Below are positions 18,446 to 27,818 of a stretch of DNA of 32,000 bases, in pieces. The number at the start of each line of letters is the position of its first letter. The stretch's first letter is position 1. Below the pieces are notes generated by a model. It ran no database searches, was not told the origin of the DNA, and saw only the letters and a list, made by a program, of their open reading frames with translations. This DNA is from Candidatus Heimdallarchaeota archaeon (GTDB lineage: Archaea > Asgardarchaeota > Heimdallarchaeia > JABLTI01). The stretch is taken from the NCBI GenBank assembly GCA_030614005.1, contig JAUWKS010000003.1:30001-62000 (forward strand). The letters run 5' to 3'. The translations under genes and the position numbers were made by a program.

Positions 18446-20503
18446 CTATTGTTTTCTTCTTTTTATTGAAACCGTTGCAACCAAAATTATTGCAAAAATG
18501 CTGGTAACGAAAACATATCCAGGAATAAATCCTGAAGCACTTGTTGGAGGTATTGTAATATATACTTCACCCGGATTTGGTGTATCTGTTATGAAATCTA
18601 CAGAACAATCATCTGTGTCGTGATTTGCTGGGTCTCTTTGTAGGGTCAAAGATTCATCCATATCACCTGTCCAAGCAGTTATCGATGGAAGACTTCCAGT
18701 ACCCCAAACAACTGCATCTACCGATGAGGTTGTAGGCGTATCTAATTTCAGATAATCACCTGTATTTGCAAGAGTAATGGAACCATAGGTGAAATCTGCT
18801 GGGTATGTATAAGCTCCAAGAGCAGTCATTTGTTCTGTGAATGCAGTGGCATTTCGAGCAAATATCAAAATGTCTCCTGCTGTAAACTCTGTTCCTGCTG
18901 GTATAACATAGGTTGCTCCATTATCTGAAACTTCCCATCCTCCAATACCAACATCGAAAGAGAACCCATTATACAACTCGAAGAACTCTCCTTCCGGTTC
19001 AGGTGTATCTGCATCAAATCTGACTTCAGAAAAGAGTAACAACCATTCAACACTATTTATGAGATTAACATCAATTTCATACTCAATAGTAGATAGATCA
19101 GATTTCGTACCCACTAGTTTCAATGTATATAATCCATCAGCATAAATTGAAGAATCTAAATTATAGGTAACAACTGCAGAAGGATTCGTCCAAGTATTAG
19201 CTAATGTATCTCCAACGAATAATTCACCTTTAATGTAAGTATCAATATAGAATCCGGCATCTATAACATAAGTTCCTTCAATAACTTCATGCTCTTCTAT
19301 GTCAATAATTTCCACTACGCCAGTATATCCTGTAGGAACTTCACTATTTGCCCAGTCCCAATCAAAGACTGTTTTGAAATATGATGCAACATTGGTGTTT
19401 TTAACAATCGCGCCTGCTTCTCGATTATTCACTACGGAATTGTTAGACCAATTAATACTCGAGACTGCAGTAACTTCTCCATCAGCACTAACATATTTGT
19501 TATGATTATGACCGAGTCCTTTGAAGAATCGTATCTCAATATCATTTGACAACAGAACTTCTGTAACATTCGCATTAGGCGTTCCCGGTTCTGGTATCAA
19601 TACTCTAACATCAACTCCTCTATTTGCTGCAGCAATAATATCATCTAATAAATAACAATCAAACTTAATGTATTGCTGTGAAATATCAAGTGTTGTTGTT
19701 GCATTATCTATGAGTGAAGATAATAACTGATAGCTATTATCGGGTGCGAATATTGGTGTGACTTCCATATATTCATTTATAACTTCAGGAGTGTCAAATG
19801 GATGAGTGTATGTTCCTCCTGTTTCATTTCCTTGTAATAAACCAAGATGAGGTTCAGTACCTGCATACAGATTGCCAATACCTTGGTCATCGAAGAAAAC
19901 ATTTTCATAAAACGCCGCTATGCTTGCATCTTCAAATGCAAATCCTAATTCCCTATTGGTTCTTGCATAGTTTACTTGTGGAATACTCGAAGGAGCCCAG
20001 TTCCCTGAATAAACAAAGGTTTCAAGACCATCCACAATCCAGAATTTAGCATGAGTAAAGGTAAAACTAGAACTACACCAAGTAACTATTACTCCAGCAG
20101 CATCAAGTCGAAAAGCAGCTTCTTCTGTGTAATCATCTTCGTACCCACTAACCCGATCATGGGATAATGAAACTTGAACATCTACACCTCTATCTTGAGC
20201 AGCAATTAATCGATTGACTAATGGTTCACTCGAGAGTGTATAAACTTCGAGATAGAATGACGTTACTGAATCATTTAATGCTTTCATAATCACTTCATAA
20301 GCTGAATCCGGCCCGACGAAACAAGTGACCTTGCTCACTCCCGTGAACGTTTGGGTAGGAATTGCATCGGGGTTTACCCATGGTTCAGAAATATTTATTG
20401 GATCTTTCGCAACAACAACTGTTACAGATGGGTTGAGTACCATTAACACTGTAGGCAGCATTAGCATAGTTGCTACAAAAATCACTAGTCTATTTATTTT
20501 CAT
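18446..20503 (-). CDS. Secreted, C-terminally anchored phospholipase D-superfamily enzyme with Ig-like and lamin-tail domains
   Basis: Signal peptide. Two HxKxxxxD motifs (HAKFWIVD...SGNW and HNKYVSAD...SINW). Lamin-tail-like LLFSEVRFDA...EFFELYN...LANTGD...L. Ends in PGY, a TM helix and KRRKQ. Confidence 0.88.
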   Translation of the reverse strand: MKINRLVIFVATMLMLPTVLMVLNPSVTVVVAKDPINISEPWVNPDAIPTQTFTGVSKVTCFVGPDSAYEVIMKALNDSVTSFYLEVYTLSSEPLVNRLIAAQDRGVDVQVSLSHDRVSGYEDDYTEEAAFRLDAAGVIVTWCSSSFTFTHAKFWIVDGLETFVYSGNWAPSSIPQVNYARTNRELGFAFEDASIAAFYENVFFDDQGIGNLYAGTEPHLGLLQGNETGGTYTHPFDTPEVINEYMEVTPIFAPDNSYQLLSSLIDNATTTLDISQQYIKFDCYLLDDIIAAANRGVDVRVLIPEPGTPNANVTEVLLSNDIEIRFFKGLGHNHNKYVSADGEVTAVSSINWSNNSVVNNREAGAIVKNTNVASYFKTVFDWDWANSEVPTGYTGVVEIIDIEEHEVIEGTYVIDAGFYIDTYIKGELFVGDTLANTWTNPSAVVTYNLDSSIYADGLYTLKLVGTKSDLSTIEYEIDVNLINSVEWLLLFSEVRFDADTPEPEGEFFELYNGFSFDVGIGGWEVSDNGATYVIPAGTEFTAGDILIFARNATAFTEQMTALGAYTYPADFTYGSITLANTGDYLKLDTPTTSSVDAVVWGTGSLPSITAWTGDMDESLTLQRDPANHDTDDCSVDFITDTPNPGEVYITIPPTSASGFIPGYVFVTSIFAIILVATVSIKRRKQ

Positions 20504-20544
20504 AAAAGATAATTAGCATCTCATTAAATAAATAGGTAGCGCCT

Positions 20545-20575
20545 AAAAAAATGAGTTGTGGGATAGAGGTATCCC
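20545..20575 (-). terminator. Hairpin plus U-tract after the 149-aa gene
   Basis: Minus strand reads GGGATA-cctc-TATCCC (20575-20560), then ACAACTCATTTTTTT. Confidence 0.6.
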
Positions 20576-20581
20576 GATTAA

Positions 20582-21031
20582 TTATTTCTGTAATATTTCA
20601 GATGCTTTTACAAAAACTTCTGCTGGATTTGGTCGTCTTAGTTGGTTTTTTATTAATCTTTGATATTGAAGATATTGACGATCATCGAGTTCCATTATTT
20701 CTATAATCTCTTCTTTTGTTTTCTCCATTATTCCAGGAATAGCTATTAGCTCTTGAGCAAATTCTAATGGACTTAAGCGTTGTTCTGCAGTTCTTGCGGG
20801 TTCGCCCAAAATAGATTTGAAAAAGTTAATATCTTCTTGAGTTGCACCCCAGACATTAAATGAATACTTGTCTTCCTCTTTTTGTTCTTTGATTTGTAAT
20901 TTTGGTTTCACTAAAATGAATCTATTAACACCATCATCGGCGATATGAACAGTAGTTGCATATTTTTCAGCGATTTTGTCTAGTTGATCTGGAGAGTAGT
21001 TTTCTTTACTAATAAAAAATACGGCTTTCAT
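20582..21031 (-). CDS. Hypothetical protein, 149 aa (paralogue B of the 17817-18287 protein)
   Basis: ATG start and protein-like composition. Aligns by eye with the 156-aa protein. Confidence 0.75.
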   Translation of the reverse strand: MKAVFFISKENYSPDQLDKIAEKYATTVHIADDGVNRFILVKPKLQIKEQKEEDKYSFNVWGATQEDINFFKSILGEPARTAEQRLSPLEFAQELIAIPGIMEKTKEEIIEIMELDDRQYLQYQRLIKNQLRRPNPAEVFVKASEILQK

Positions 21032-21084
21032 AACTTTGAATTCTTTCCGTACTTTTTATTGCTTTCTCTATCAGCAAAAATGAA

Positions 21085-22194
21085 CTAAAAAAGATCTTTG
21101 ACTGAAAGTTCAATCGCTTTTAAGAAATCATCGGGGGTTACACCAGGAATATCTAGTTGATGTTCTTGATAAGCAATTGAAATAGCACTTTCGATGTGTT
21201 TTGGATGAACAAGCTTACCAATGAGAGCATTTTCAAGAATTTCGGGAGTATTCATTGGGTTAGCAGAAAAATCACCACTAATAATAACATCCTTGAAAAA
21301 ATTATCAACAATTTCCATGAAGATACGAATAAGTCCACCCGGAGCTTTGTAGACTGATTCGTAAATTTGAGTTGAACCTGAAATCTTCACTTTTCGTTTT
21401 GACATTAAATCGGTGCGCCTGTGTTGTGGAATATTCAACCATTCATCTTCTTTGTAAAGTTTGAGAAGTTCTTTATTGATAACTTGTTCTTTTGGCAGAA
21501 ATTTTGTTTCTCTTCTAAACTTCACGCCAAGAACTTTCTCAAAATTAGCAATCAAGATTTGTTTGACTTCCTGTCTATCTGGTTCTTCCTTAAGGAATCC
21601 CTTAATTGTTCCTAACCTTTCACGTAAACTTGAAGCTACTTTATCTCTAAATTTCTCATTTGGTACTTTGAGAATCTTGACCATTTCTTCAAAATTAAAA
21701 TCAAAAATAAGATTGCCTGTTAAAACTCGAGCACCACCAACTTGTGCTGCGCCATTTCCGGAAATTTTCTTGCCCTCAGCAATAATATCATTTACTGGTG
21801 CATAAACGGCATTGATTCCTATTGTTTTGTAAGTTTCAATTGGTGCTTGAAGTATTTTCTGATAGAATCCAGCAACATCTTTTGGTATAATTTTACTATC
21901 TAATCTGGCAATTACTTGGTAGAACAATTGACCATTATCAAGGTAAACCGCTCCACCTCCTAAGGGTCTCCGAACTATTGGCAAATTATTTTTCTTACAA
22001 TATTCTACGTCTACTTCTTCATCAATTATTTGATGATACCCTATACAAACCACCGGATCTTCAGGCCAACAAATAATAATTGTATTTTCAATATCATCGT
22101 ATTTTTCCATTGCTTCAGCAACTGCATGATATACAGTTTGAGATTCAGCTCCAGGTAATCCATCAAATTCAATTAAACGCCATTCTTCAGACAT
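21085..22194 (-). CDS. lplA: Lipoate-protein ligase A family, with C-terminal domain
   Basis: VCIGYHQ, IVRRPLGGGAVYLD, NDIIAEGKKISGNGA and YKAPGGLIR...IISGDF motifs. Confidence 0.92.
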   Translation of the reverse strand: MSEEWRLIEFDGLPGAESQTVYHAVAEAMEKYDDIENTIIICWPEDPVVCIGYHQIIDEEVDVEYCKKNNLPIVRRPLGGGAVYLDNGQLFYQVIARLDSKIIPKDVAGFYQKILQAPIETYKTIGINAVYAPVNDIIAEGKKISGNGAAQVGGARVLTGNLIFDFNFEEMVKILKVPNEKFRDKVASSLRERLGTIKGFLKEEPDRQEVKQILIANFEKVLGVKFRRETKFLPKEQVINKELLKLYKEDEWLNIPQHRRTDLMSKRKVKISGSTQIYESVYKAPGGLIRIFMEIVDNFFKDVIISGDFSANPMNTPEILENALIGKLVHPKHIESAISIAYQEHQLDIPGVTPDDFLKAIELSVKDLF

Positions 22195-22309
22195 AGTTTA
22201 CCAACTCTAATTATTATGTTGCCTTTCTTCCAATACAAGTAATTGTTAATATTTCTTTCCCAATAATTTTTAAAATTGGAAATCTAGATTGTATAAGCAT
22301 GGTGATACA

Positions 22310-22675
22310 ATGATTTTTGAGAAAACGAAATTTGGTTTTGTTATTGTTGATGGGAAAAAATATACTCATGACATTTATCTTAACCTTGATGGAACAATTA
22401 CCAAACGAAAGAAAGAGCTATCAAAACCTCATAGTAAGGGTCATACAGTCTTAGGACCTGAAGAGATAAAATACCTGCTAGATCAAAAACCTGAAACATT
22501 GATTATTGGTAAAGGTCAATATGGTATTTTGCCCATGCCTAAAGAATCTAAGAAACTGTTGGATGAGTCTGGAATTATTGTTATTAAAACAAAAACACCA
22601 AATGCTCTGCCAATGATTAATGAACTTTTGAAACAAAAAGCAAAAATCGTAGCAATATTACATTTAACATGCTAA
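22310..22675 (+). CDS. Mth938-like (DUF498) protein
   Basis: FGFVIVDGKKYTHDI, PETLIIGKGQYG, TPNA and ILHLTC. GGTGA RBS before the ATG at 22310. Confidence 0.88.
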   Translation: MIFEKTKFGFVIVDGKKYTHDIYLNLDGTITKRKKELSKPHSKGHTVLGPEEIKYLLDQKPETLIIGKGQYGILPMPKESKKLLDESGIIVIKTKTPNALPMINELLKQKAKIVAILHLTC

Positions 22676-22726
22676 AACAACTTAGCTATTAAATTGAATA
22701 GTGTTTTATAGAATGAAAATCAATAA

Positions 22727-23962
22727 ATGTTACCTAGAAAAAATTTGTTGGAGAGTAAAAGTGTGCCAAAAAGAGATGTTATTACAGAAAAAGTATTCAC
22801 TATAAGAAAACCTAGTTTCTCTAAACTTCTCTCTCCAACTATAACTGCTGCTGAGAAAGAAATAAATGACCATCTAAAACGTAATGACATTGAATCAACA
22901 GCAGACCCTCGTAATGAGGGAGACATTTTAGTTGTTTTCATACATGGTTTTGCTGCTTCTAAATATTGCTGGCTTGATCCTGATGTTGGCAATATGGGTT
23001 GGGTTAAGGATTACGAAAATACCCCACCTATTCGAGATTTTGGTTGGCACACTATCCCTCCACCTCCCTTTGTGCCTATTGATTGGACATTATCAAATCA
23101 AATAATCATTAATGGTGCATCAACAGAAATGGATAAGGCTGGAGTTGAGTGGTTAACATACTCCCAAGGTTCAGCTTTTGGTGATATTGAAAATTCTGTA
23201 GATGAATTAAAAAATATTATGCGTGAAATAAGAATTATCTACGGTCATAGAAGAATCATAATTATCGCTCATTCACGAGGTGGACTGATCTCAAAAAGAT
23301 ATCTTGATACAGTTCAAGATACTGACGTGGAGAAACTTATTACGTTTGGAACACCGTTTGGTGGGACATTTATGTCTTCAATAGAGACATTTCGAAAACC
23401 TTCGAAACATTTCTTGAATAGATTTAAAACAGCAAGAAAATTGTGGGATGTCAGCCAAGAGCGTCGTGTCGAATCTGTTGCAACAAAACAAATGGCACCA
23501 AACTCGGAATTTCTCACGCAATTACATAATAGTGGTTGCAGAAATGATGTCAAATATGTTAATGTCGCAGGATCAAATTCGCACTACACAAATGTGTATT
23601 CTTGGAGATGGGCAACATCCTCTTGGAAAAGAAATTTTCGACTAGCTAGAAGAAAGAAAAAGGAACGAAAAAAACTGAAAGCAAATAATCACCCTCCAAT
23701 AGATTGGTGGAATCTCCCAAATTATCCATTTATCAATGCCCACAATTGGATTATGGAACCTGTCAAATTATTTGAAATTTATCCTAAAATAGGTTATCCT
23801 GAAGTAATGCAAGGTGATGGTGCTGTTTCAATTATAAGTGCTCTTTCTGATCTTCCGGAAGTTAAGCATTATGTTATACATAAAAATCATATAGATATGA
23901 CTTGTTGTATTGATGGGTATGAAATAATGCATAAAGAATTGGAATTAAGCATGGAAGATTAA
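22727..23962 (+). CDS. Alpha/beta hydrolase (lipase/PGAP1-like)
   Basis: VFIHGFAAS, nucleophile elbow AHSRGG, GTPFGG, GDGAV (Asp) and NHIDM (His). Confidence 0.85.
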   Translation: MLPRKNLLESKSVPKRDVITEKVFTIRKPSFSKLLSPTITAAEKEINDHLKRNDIESTADPRNEGDILVVFIHGFAASKYCWLDPDVGNMGWVKDYENTPPIRDFGWHTIPPPPFVPIDWTLSNQIIINGASTEMDKAGVEWLTYSQGSAFGDIENSVDELKNIMREIRIIYGHRRIIIIAHSRGGLISKRYLDTVQDTDVEKLITFGTPFGGTFMSSIETFRKPSKHFLNRFKTARKLWDVSQERRVESVATKQMAPNSEFLTQLHNSGCRNDVKYVNVAGSNSHYTNVYSWRWATSSWKRNFRLARRKKKERKKLKANNHPPIDWWNLPNYPFINAHNWIMEPVKLFEIYPKIGYPEVMQGDGAVSIISALSDLPEVKHYVIHKNHIDMTCCIDGYEIMHKELELSMED

Positions 23963-23995
23963 TGCTTACAAATTTACTATAGTGGTTGTTTAATT

Positions 23996-25015
23996 TTGCA
24001 TGAAATGAAAATTACCCAAACTAATCAAAAAAATAAGGTCAAAATCAAGCGAGTGTTTTTTTGGCGACTGTTTTGGTTTGCAAAACTAAACATTAAAATT
24101 CATAAAAAGGATCCCATATTTCGTAAAGCACAAGTCAATTTTTCTGCAAGGCTAAAGTTCTTTTTGAGTTTTAGTTGGAAAATCTTCCTCCAAACGCGTT
24201 TCATATTATTAGAAAATGGTCATGTTGCTGGCACGCTTTCTTTAGATGTTAAACCTAATTCAGTTTTTGTTTATGCCGTTGGTTTATTGGAAGAATATCG
24301 ACGTAAAGGATATGGTAGTATACTTATGAAATTTACAGAAGATTTTGCTAAAAAACGAAAAATAGATTTTGTCAATTTTTCTGTTCTGTTGGATAACGAA
24401 GCTGCAATAGGTATGTACAACAAATTAGGTTATGAATCTCAAGGAATAGGTTTAACGTTAATTAGATATATTAAAGAGAAATTGGTGGAAATAAATACAG
24501 ATGAAATAATTGATGAATTTGGTGAGATAACTTTTAGAAGAATGATACATAGCAAAGAAATTAAGTCAAAGTCGATTTATTGGTGGAGTGAGGAAATTGA
24601 AGCGTTTGCTGGTCAGAAAGCAAAAGAGAATAGTATTCAAACAGGTCTTTTAGACTTTGATTTCAGAAACGAATGGAAAATATTTGAGATACTAACAAAT
24701 AATAAGGAATCTGGAATTGTTGCAATTCTTCCCTCAGGCATTTTTTTAACTTTAGTCTTTTTTTCAGACCCAAAGAATACTTGGTCAGTAAATTGGACTA
24801 AATTATTTATACATACAATTGTAAATGAAAAACTTGGCAAGCCCTTAATAAAAAATCTCACTGCCACTTCAAGTTCAATATCATTGAATACTACTCCCCT
24901 TATTCAGGTATTTCTAACAAACCAACACAAAGATGCCCTCGCAGAGGCGAATAAATCACTCTTCATCCATGATCCAGATGAGGATCGACAAATCTTTTTC
25001 AAAAAGCTGGATTAA
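23996..25015 (+). CDS. GNAT acetyltransferase with an unrecognised C-terminal domain
   Basis: Acetyl-CoA motif YRRKGYGSILM and NEAAIGMYNKLGY. Confidence 0.8.
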   Translation: MHEMKITQTNQKNKVKIKRVFFWRLFWFAKLNIKIHKKDPIFRKAQVNFSARLKFFLSFSWKIFLQTRFILLENGHVAGTLSLDVKPNSVFVYAVGLLEEYRRKGYGSILMKFTEDFAKKRKIDFVNFSVLLDNEAAIGMYNKLGYESQGIGLTLIRYIKEKLVEINTDEIIDEFGEITFRRMIHSKEIKSKSIYWWSEEIEAFAGQKAKENSIQTGLLDFDFRNEWKIFEILTNNKESGIVAILPSGIFLTLVFFSDPKNTWSVNWTKLFIHTIVNEKLGKPLIKNLTATSSSISLNTTPLIQVFLTNQHKDALAEANKSLFIHDPDEDRQIFFKKLD

Positions 25016-25113
25016 ATTATTAAATATAGTAATTCTTTTAACTTTAGTAAGCTTGAAGGAATTTATTGAGTAATCACTATCTATTCTTAATCTAAGTAAG
25101 CAGGTGAATTAGA

Positions 25114-25773
25114 ATGACCTCAGTTGACAAAAACGAGATAACTGTTGATGGAAAAAGTGAAATGATAATAACCCATACAAAGAAAAGAATATTGATAGAA
25201 CTTGTTTTCTTCTTATTTTGGGGTGGAATTGGAATTGCATTGATAGTTTTTGGTTCTATGCTTGTTGAGATTAGTAACCTTGGACTTGGCATTCCTATGA
25301 TAATTATTGGTAGTTTTATTTTTATAATTTTCTTCGAATCATTTCTTTCTAAATTAACTAATAAAATAATATTGAATAAGGGAGAAATAAAAACTAGAGC
25401 ATTTATTAGATGGTTTTCTCTGTCTTGGTCAGAGATTGAATCATTCGAAATTGAAAAACGAGCTTCTTCAGTATTGAGAAGCAATTGGTCTTCGAGAATT
25501 ACAATAATGAAAATTATCTCTACCAGTGAGAAACAAATACTATACCCTCTGTACAGATTTAATGCTGCTGAAGCAGAAAATATCGTTATCTTGATAAAAG
25601 ACTACTTTAAAGCCAATAGAGGTATCGAACTCAATGAAAAAACAATCAAATTTTCAGGAAAGAAAGAATTTGAGCCTTCTAGTGATTCTGATGAAAATCA
25701 TTCATTAAATCTTGAGAAAGATATTGAATCACAAATACCACCTCGAGTAAAAGAATATGAAATAGAAGATTAA
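25114..25773 (+). CDS. Membrane protein with two TM helices and a probable bacterial PH-like domain
   Basis: Two hydrophobic segments, then KIILNKGEIK...LSWSEIESFEIE (bPH-like pattern) and an acidic tail. GGTGA RBS. Confidence 0.65.
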   Translation: MTSVDKNEITVDGKSEMIITHTKKRILIELVFFLFWGGIGIALIVFGSMLVEISNLGLGIPMIIIGSFIFIIFFESFLSKLTNKIILNKGEIKTRAFIRWFSLSWSEIESFEIEKRASSVLRSNWSSRITIMKIISTSEKQILYPLYRFNAAEAENIVILIKDYFKANRGIELNEKTIKFSGKKEFEPSSDSDENHSLNLEKDIESQIPPRVKEYEIED

Positions 25774-25786
25774 ATAGTAAAATCTT

Positions 25787-26785
25787 CTACATAGTTAGTG
25801 AGGAGCAATTAACAATCCATTCATTATCATGGTCATAAGATTTTATATCTTCGCTAAATTTTATCATTCGTAATAAAGATGATCTGATATGAAACCCATA
25901 ATTCAGAAGGTATTCATATACCAACCAATAACTTGAGTTAACACTCAATCTTAATTCTGTTTTCCCATGTTTTTGTCCAAAATCTTCACAACAAAGAAGA
26001 AGAACATCTAATACTTGTTTATTTTTTTCATCTTTATCAATAACAAGTATTTTTACCATTAATGTGGGATTATCTTTCTCTCCTTGTCTATTAGATACTA
26101 ACCGGCAATTCGCAAATGCTATAATGAATCCATCTTTCTTGAGTAAAATGGTTTCACCTTGGTTGTATTTTTCTGTAACAACAATTTTAGAAGTATAATC
26201 TAACCCGTTCTCGGTTTTGCTTGATAACCACCTACATCTTGTAAGGGCATCTTCCTGTTGAGGTTCCTCGGAAAAATATTGTATTTCAATGCTATCTTTT
26301 TCGAGTAATTTATTTAATTCTATTTGTTTTTTAGAAGTGAAATCAATCTGCTTTTTTAATGACATCGTTTGAAAAGCCGGTTTGAAGCCTAATTTACTAA
26401 ATAAACCAATATTTGTTGCACTTGAAGTCATTGTTTCTAAACTTAATTTAGTGACATTCTTTTCAACATCGAGGTATTTTATAGCACCTACCATTAATTC
26501 TTTTCCTACTCCTTTATTTTGATAATCTGGATGCACACCAAATGTACCTATCCATCCAAATTTACCCCAAACATGCGCAAAGATTGCTCCGACAACTTTT
26601 CTTTTATCTATAGCAACTAAACATCCATTTGGGTCTAATTCCATATAAGGAATAATATATTCAGGAGCTCTGTACCTTTTCACAGCATCTTTTCCTCTTC
26701 TTTGAATATTCCAAACTTGAAAAGCTTCAGCTAGTACATCGATAACCTCTGGTAGATGCTTTTTTGTCATCTTTGTAATTTTCAA
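25787..26785 (-). CDS. Tandem GNAT-fold acetyltransferase
   Basis: FGVHPDYQNKGVGKELM and NIGLFSKLGF, followed by a second degenerate GNAT-like domain. Confidence 0.82.
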   Translation of the reverse strand: MKITKMTKKHLPEVIDVLAEAFQVWNIQRRGKDAVKRYRAPEYIIPYMELDPNGCLVAIDKRKVVGAIFAHVWGKFGWIGTFGVHPDYQNKGVGKELMVGAIKYLDVEKNVTKLSLETMTSSATNIGLFSKLGFKPAFQTMSLKKQIDFTSKKQIELNKLLEKDSIEIQYFSEEPQQEDALTRCRWLSSKTENGLDYTSKIVVTEKYNQGETILLKKDGFIIAFANCRLVSNRQGEKDNPTLMVKILVIDKDEKNKQVLDVLLLCCEDFGQKHGKTELRLSVNSSYWLVYEYLLNYGFHIRSSLLRMIKFSEDIKSYDHDNEWIVNCSSLTM

Positions 26786-26852
26786 TAGATAGTCACTTCT
26801 TTTTTTTCAAACAGTTCATTGTATTTTTCTTCTAATGAACAATATCAGCTTT

Positions 26853-27362
26853 TTAATTAGGAAGGAATATTCTCCATCCATTTATAACAAATAATGTTAC
26901 TCCAATCAATACAAGAACCAATCCTAGTACTCTGCCTAGAGTGAGGGTATTTTTTAAACCAAGACCTTTAACTGTTTTTTCTCCAAGATAGGGGAAAATA
27001 ATAATACCTATTCCTAAAGAGACGAAAACTAAGAAAACAAATAACAAATTACCGAAAATAGCCAAACAAGTTAACAAAATCACGGGAAATATAATAATGA
27101 ACAAAAAATAGATTACTCGAAGTATCTTAGAATAATTGTAAAATCGAATTATCTTCTGTTCATGCTCTTTGGAGCAGTAATAATATGCCCGTGTTTGATC
27201 TTCTTTAGTTATTTTTACTTGCGAAAATTGTTCATTTTCATCTTCTAATTGATGACACCAATGACACAATGGTTCTAACGTTTCATTTGAAGTAGTGTCT
27301 ACGTTTTCCTGTGAATCTAAAGACTGTGTACTGCTATTGTTAAATTCAGAATCTTGTGTCAT
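26853..27362 (-). CDS. Membrane protein with an N-terminal Cys/His metal finger (TRASH/YHS-like)
   Basis: CHWC...YYYCSKEH followed by three to four hydrophobic helices. Confidence 0.65.
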   Translation of the reverse strand: MTQDSEFNNSSTQSLDSQENVDTTSNETLEPLCHWCHQLEDENEQFSQVKITKEDQTRAYYYCSKEHEQKIIRFYNYSKILRVIYFLFIIIFPVILLTCLAIFGNLLFVFLVFVSLGIGIIIFPYLGEKTVKGLGLKNTLTLGRVLGLVLVLIGVTLFVINGWRIFLPN

Positions 27363-27565
27363 AAAGAATCAATATAATCTTGAAATAAAATCTTTGCCTA
27401 AATTTCTGGTTATTTTAGTACAATTTGCAATCGTTATGTTTTAATTCTTCAAAAACAATTTAATAACAGAAAAATTATCAATTAAACAAATTTTATTCAA
27501 AGCAACAAACTTAAAAGTAAAATACCTATTAATAAAACCGTAGATAAACTATAAGGTGAAACATC

Positions 27566-27709
27566 GTGCCCTTTCAATGCCCAAAGTGCGGATCAGAAAA
27601 TATCAAAGAAGTAGAAGACAAATCAAGAGTTTTAGGCTATGCTGGTCATGTGCCCATTTACGCAAAAATAAAAGTTTGCAAAGAATGTAGTAACAGATTC
27701 AATGATTAG
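27566..27709 (+). CDS. 47-aa zinc-ribbon protein (not in the ORF track)
   Basis: GGTGA RBS, 6 nt spacer, GTG start. Translation: MPFQCPKCGSENIKEVEDKSRVLGYAGHVPIYAKIKVCKECSNRFND, with two CxxC pairs. Confidence 0.8.
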   Translation: MPFQCPKCGSENIKEVEDKSRVLGYAGHVPIYAKIKVCKECSNRFND

Positions 27710-27818
27710 TCGATTGAATAAATCAACTAACTGCCTGAAAAGAAAGAATTGATTTTTCATTTCTTTCCTCAAGATTTTATAAGATGAAAACAAACCTTTT
27801 TTTCTTTATTTTTTTAAT

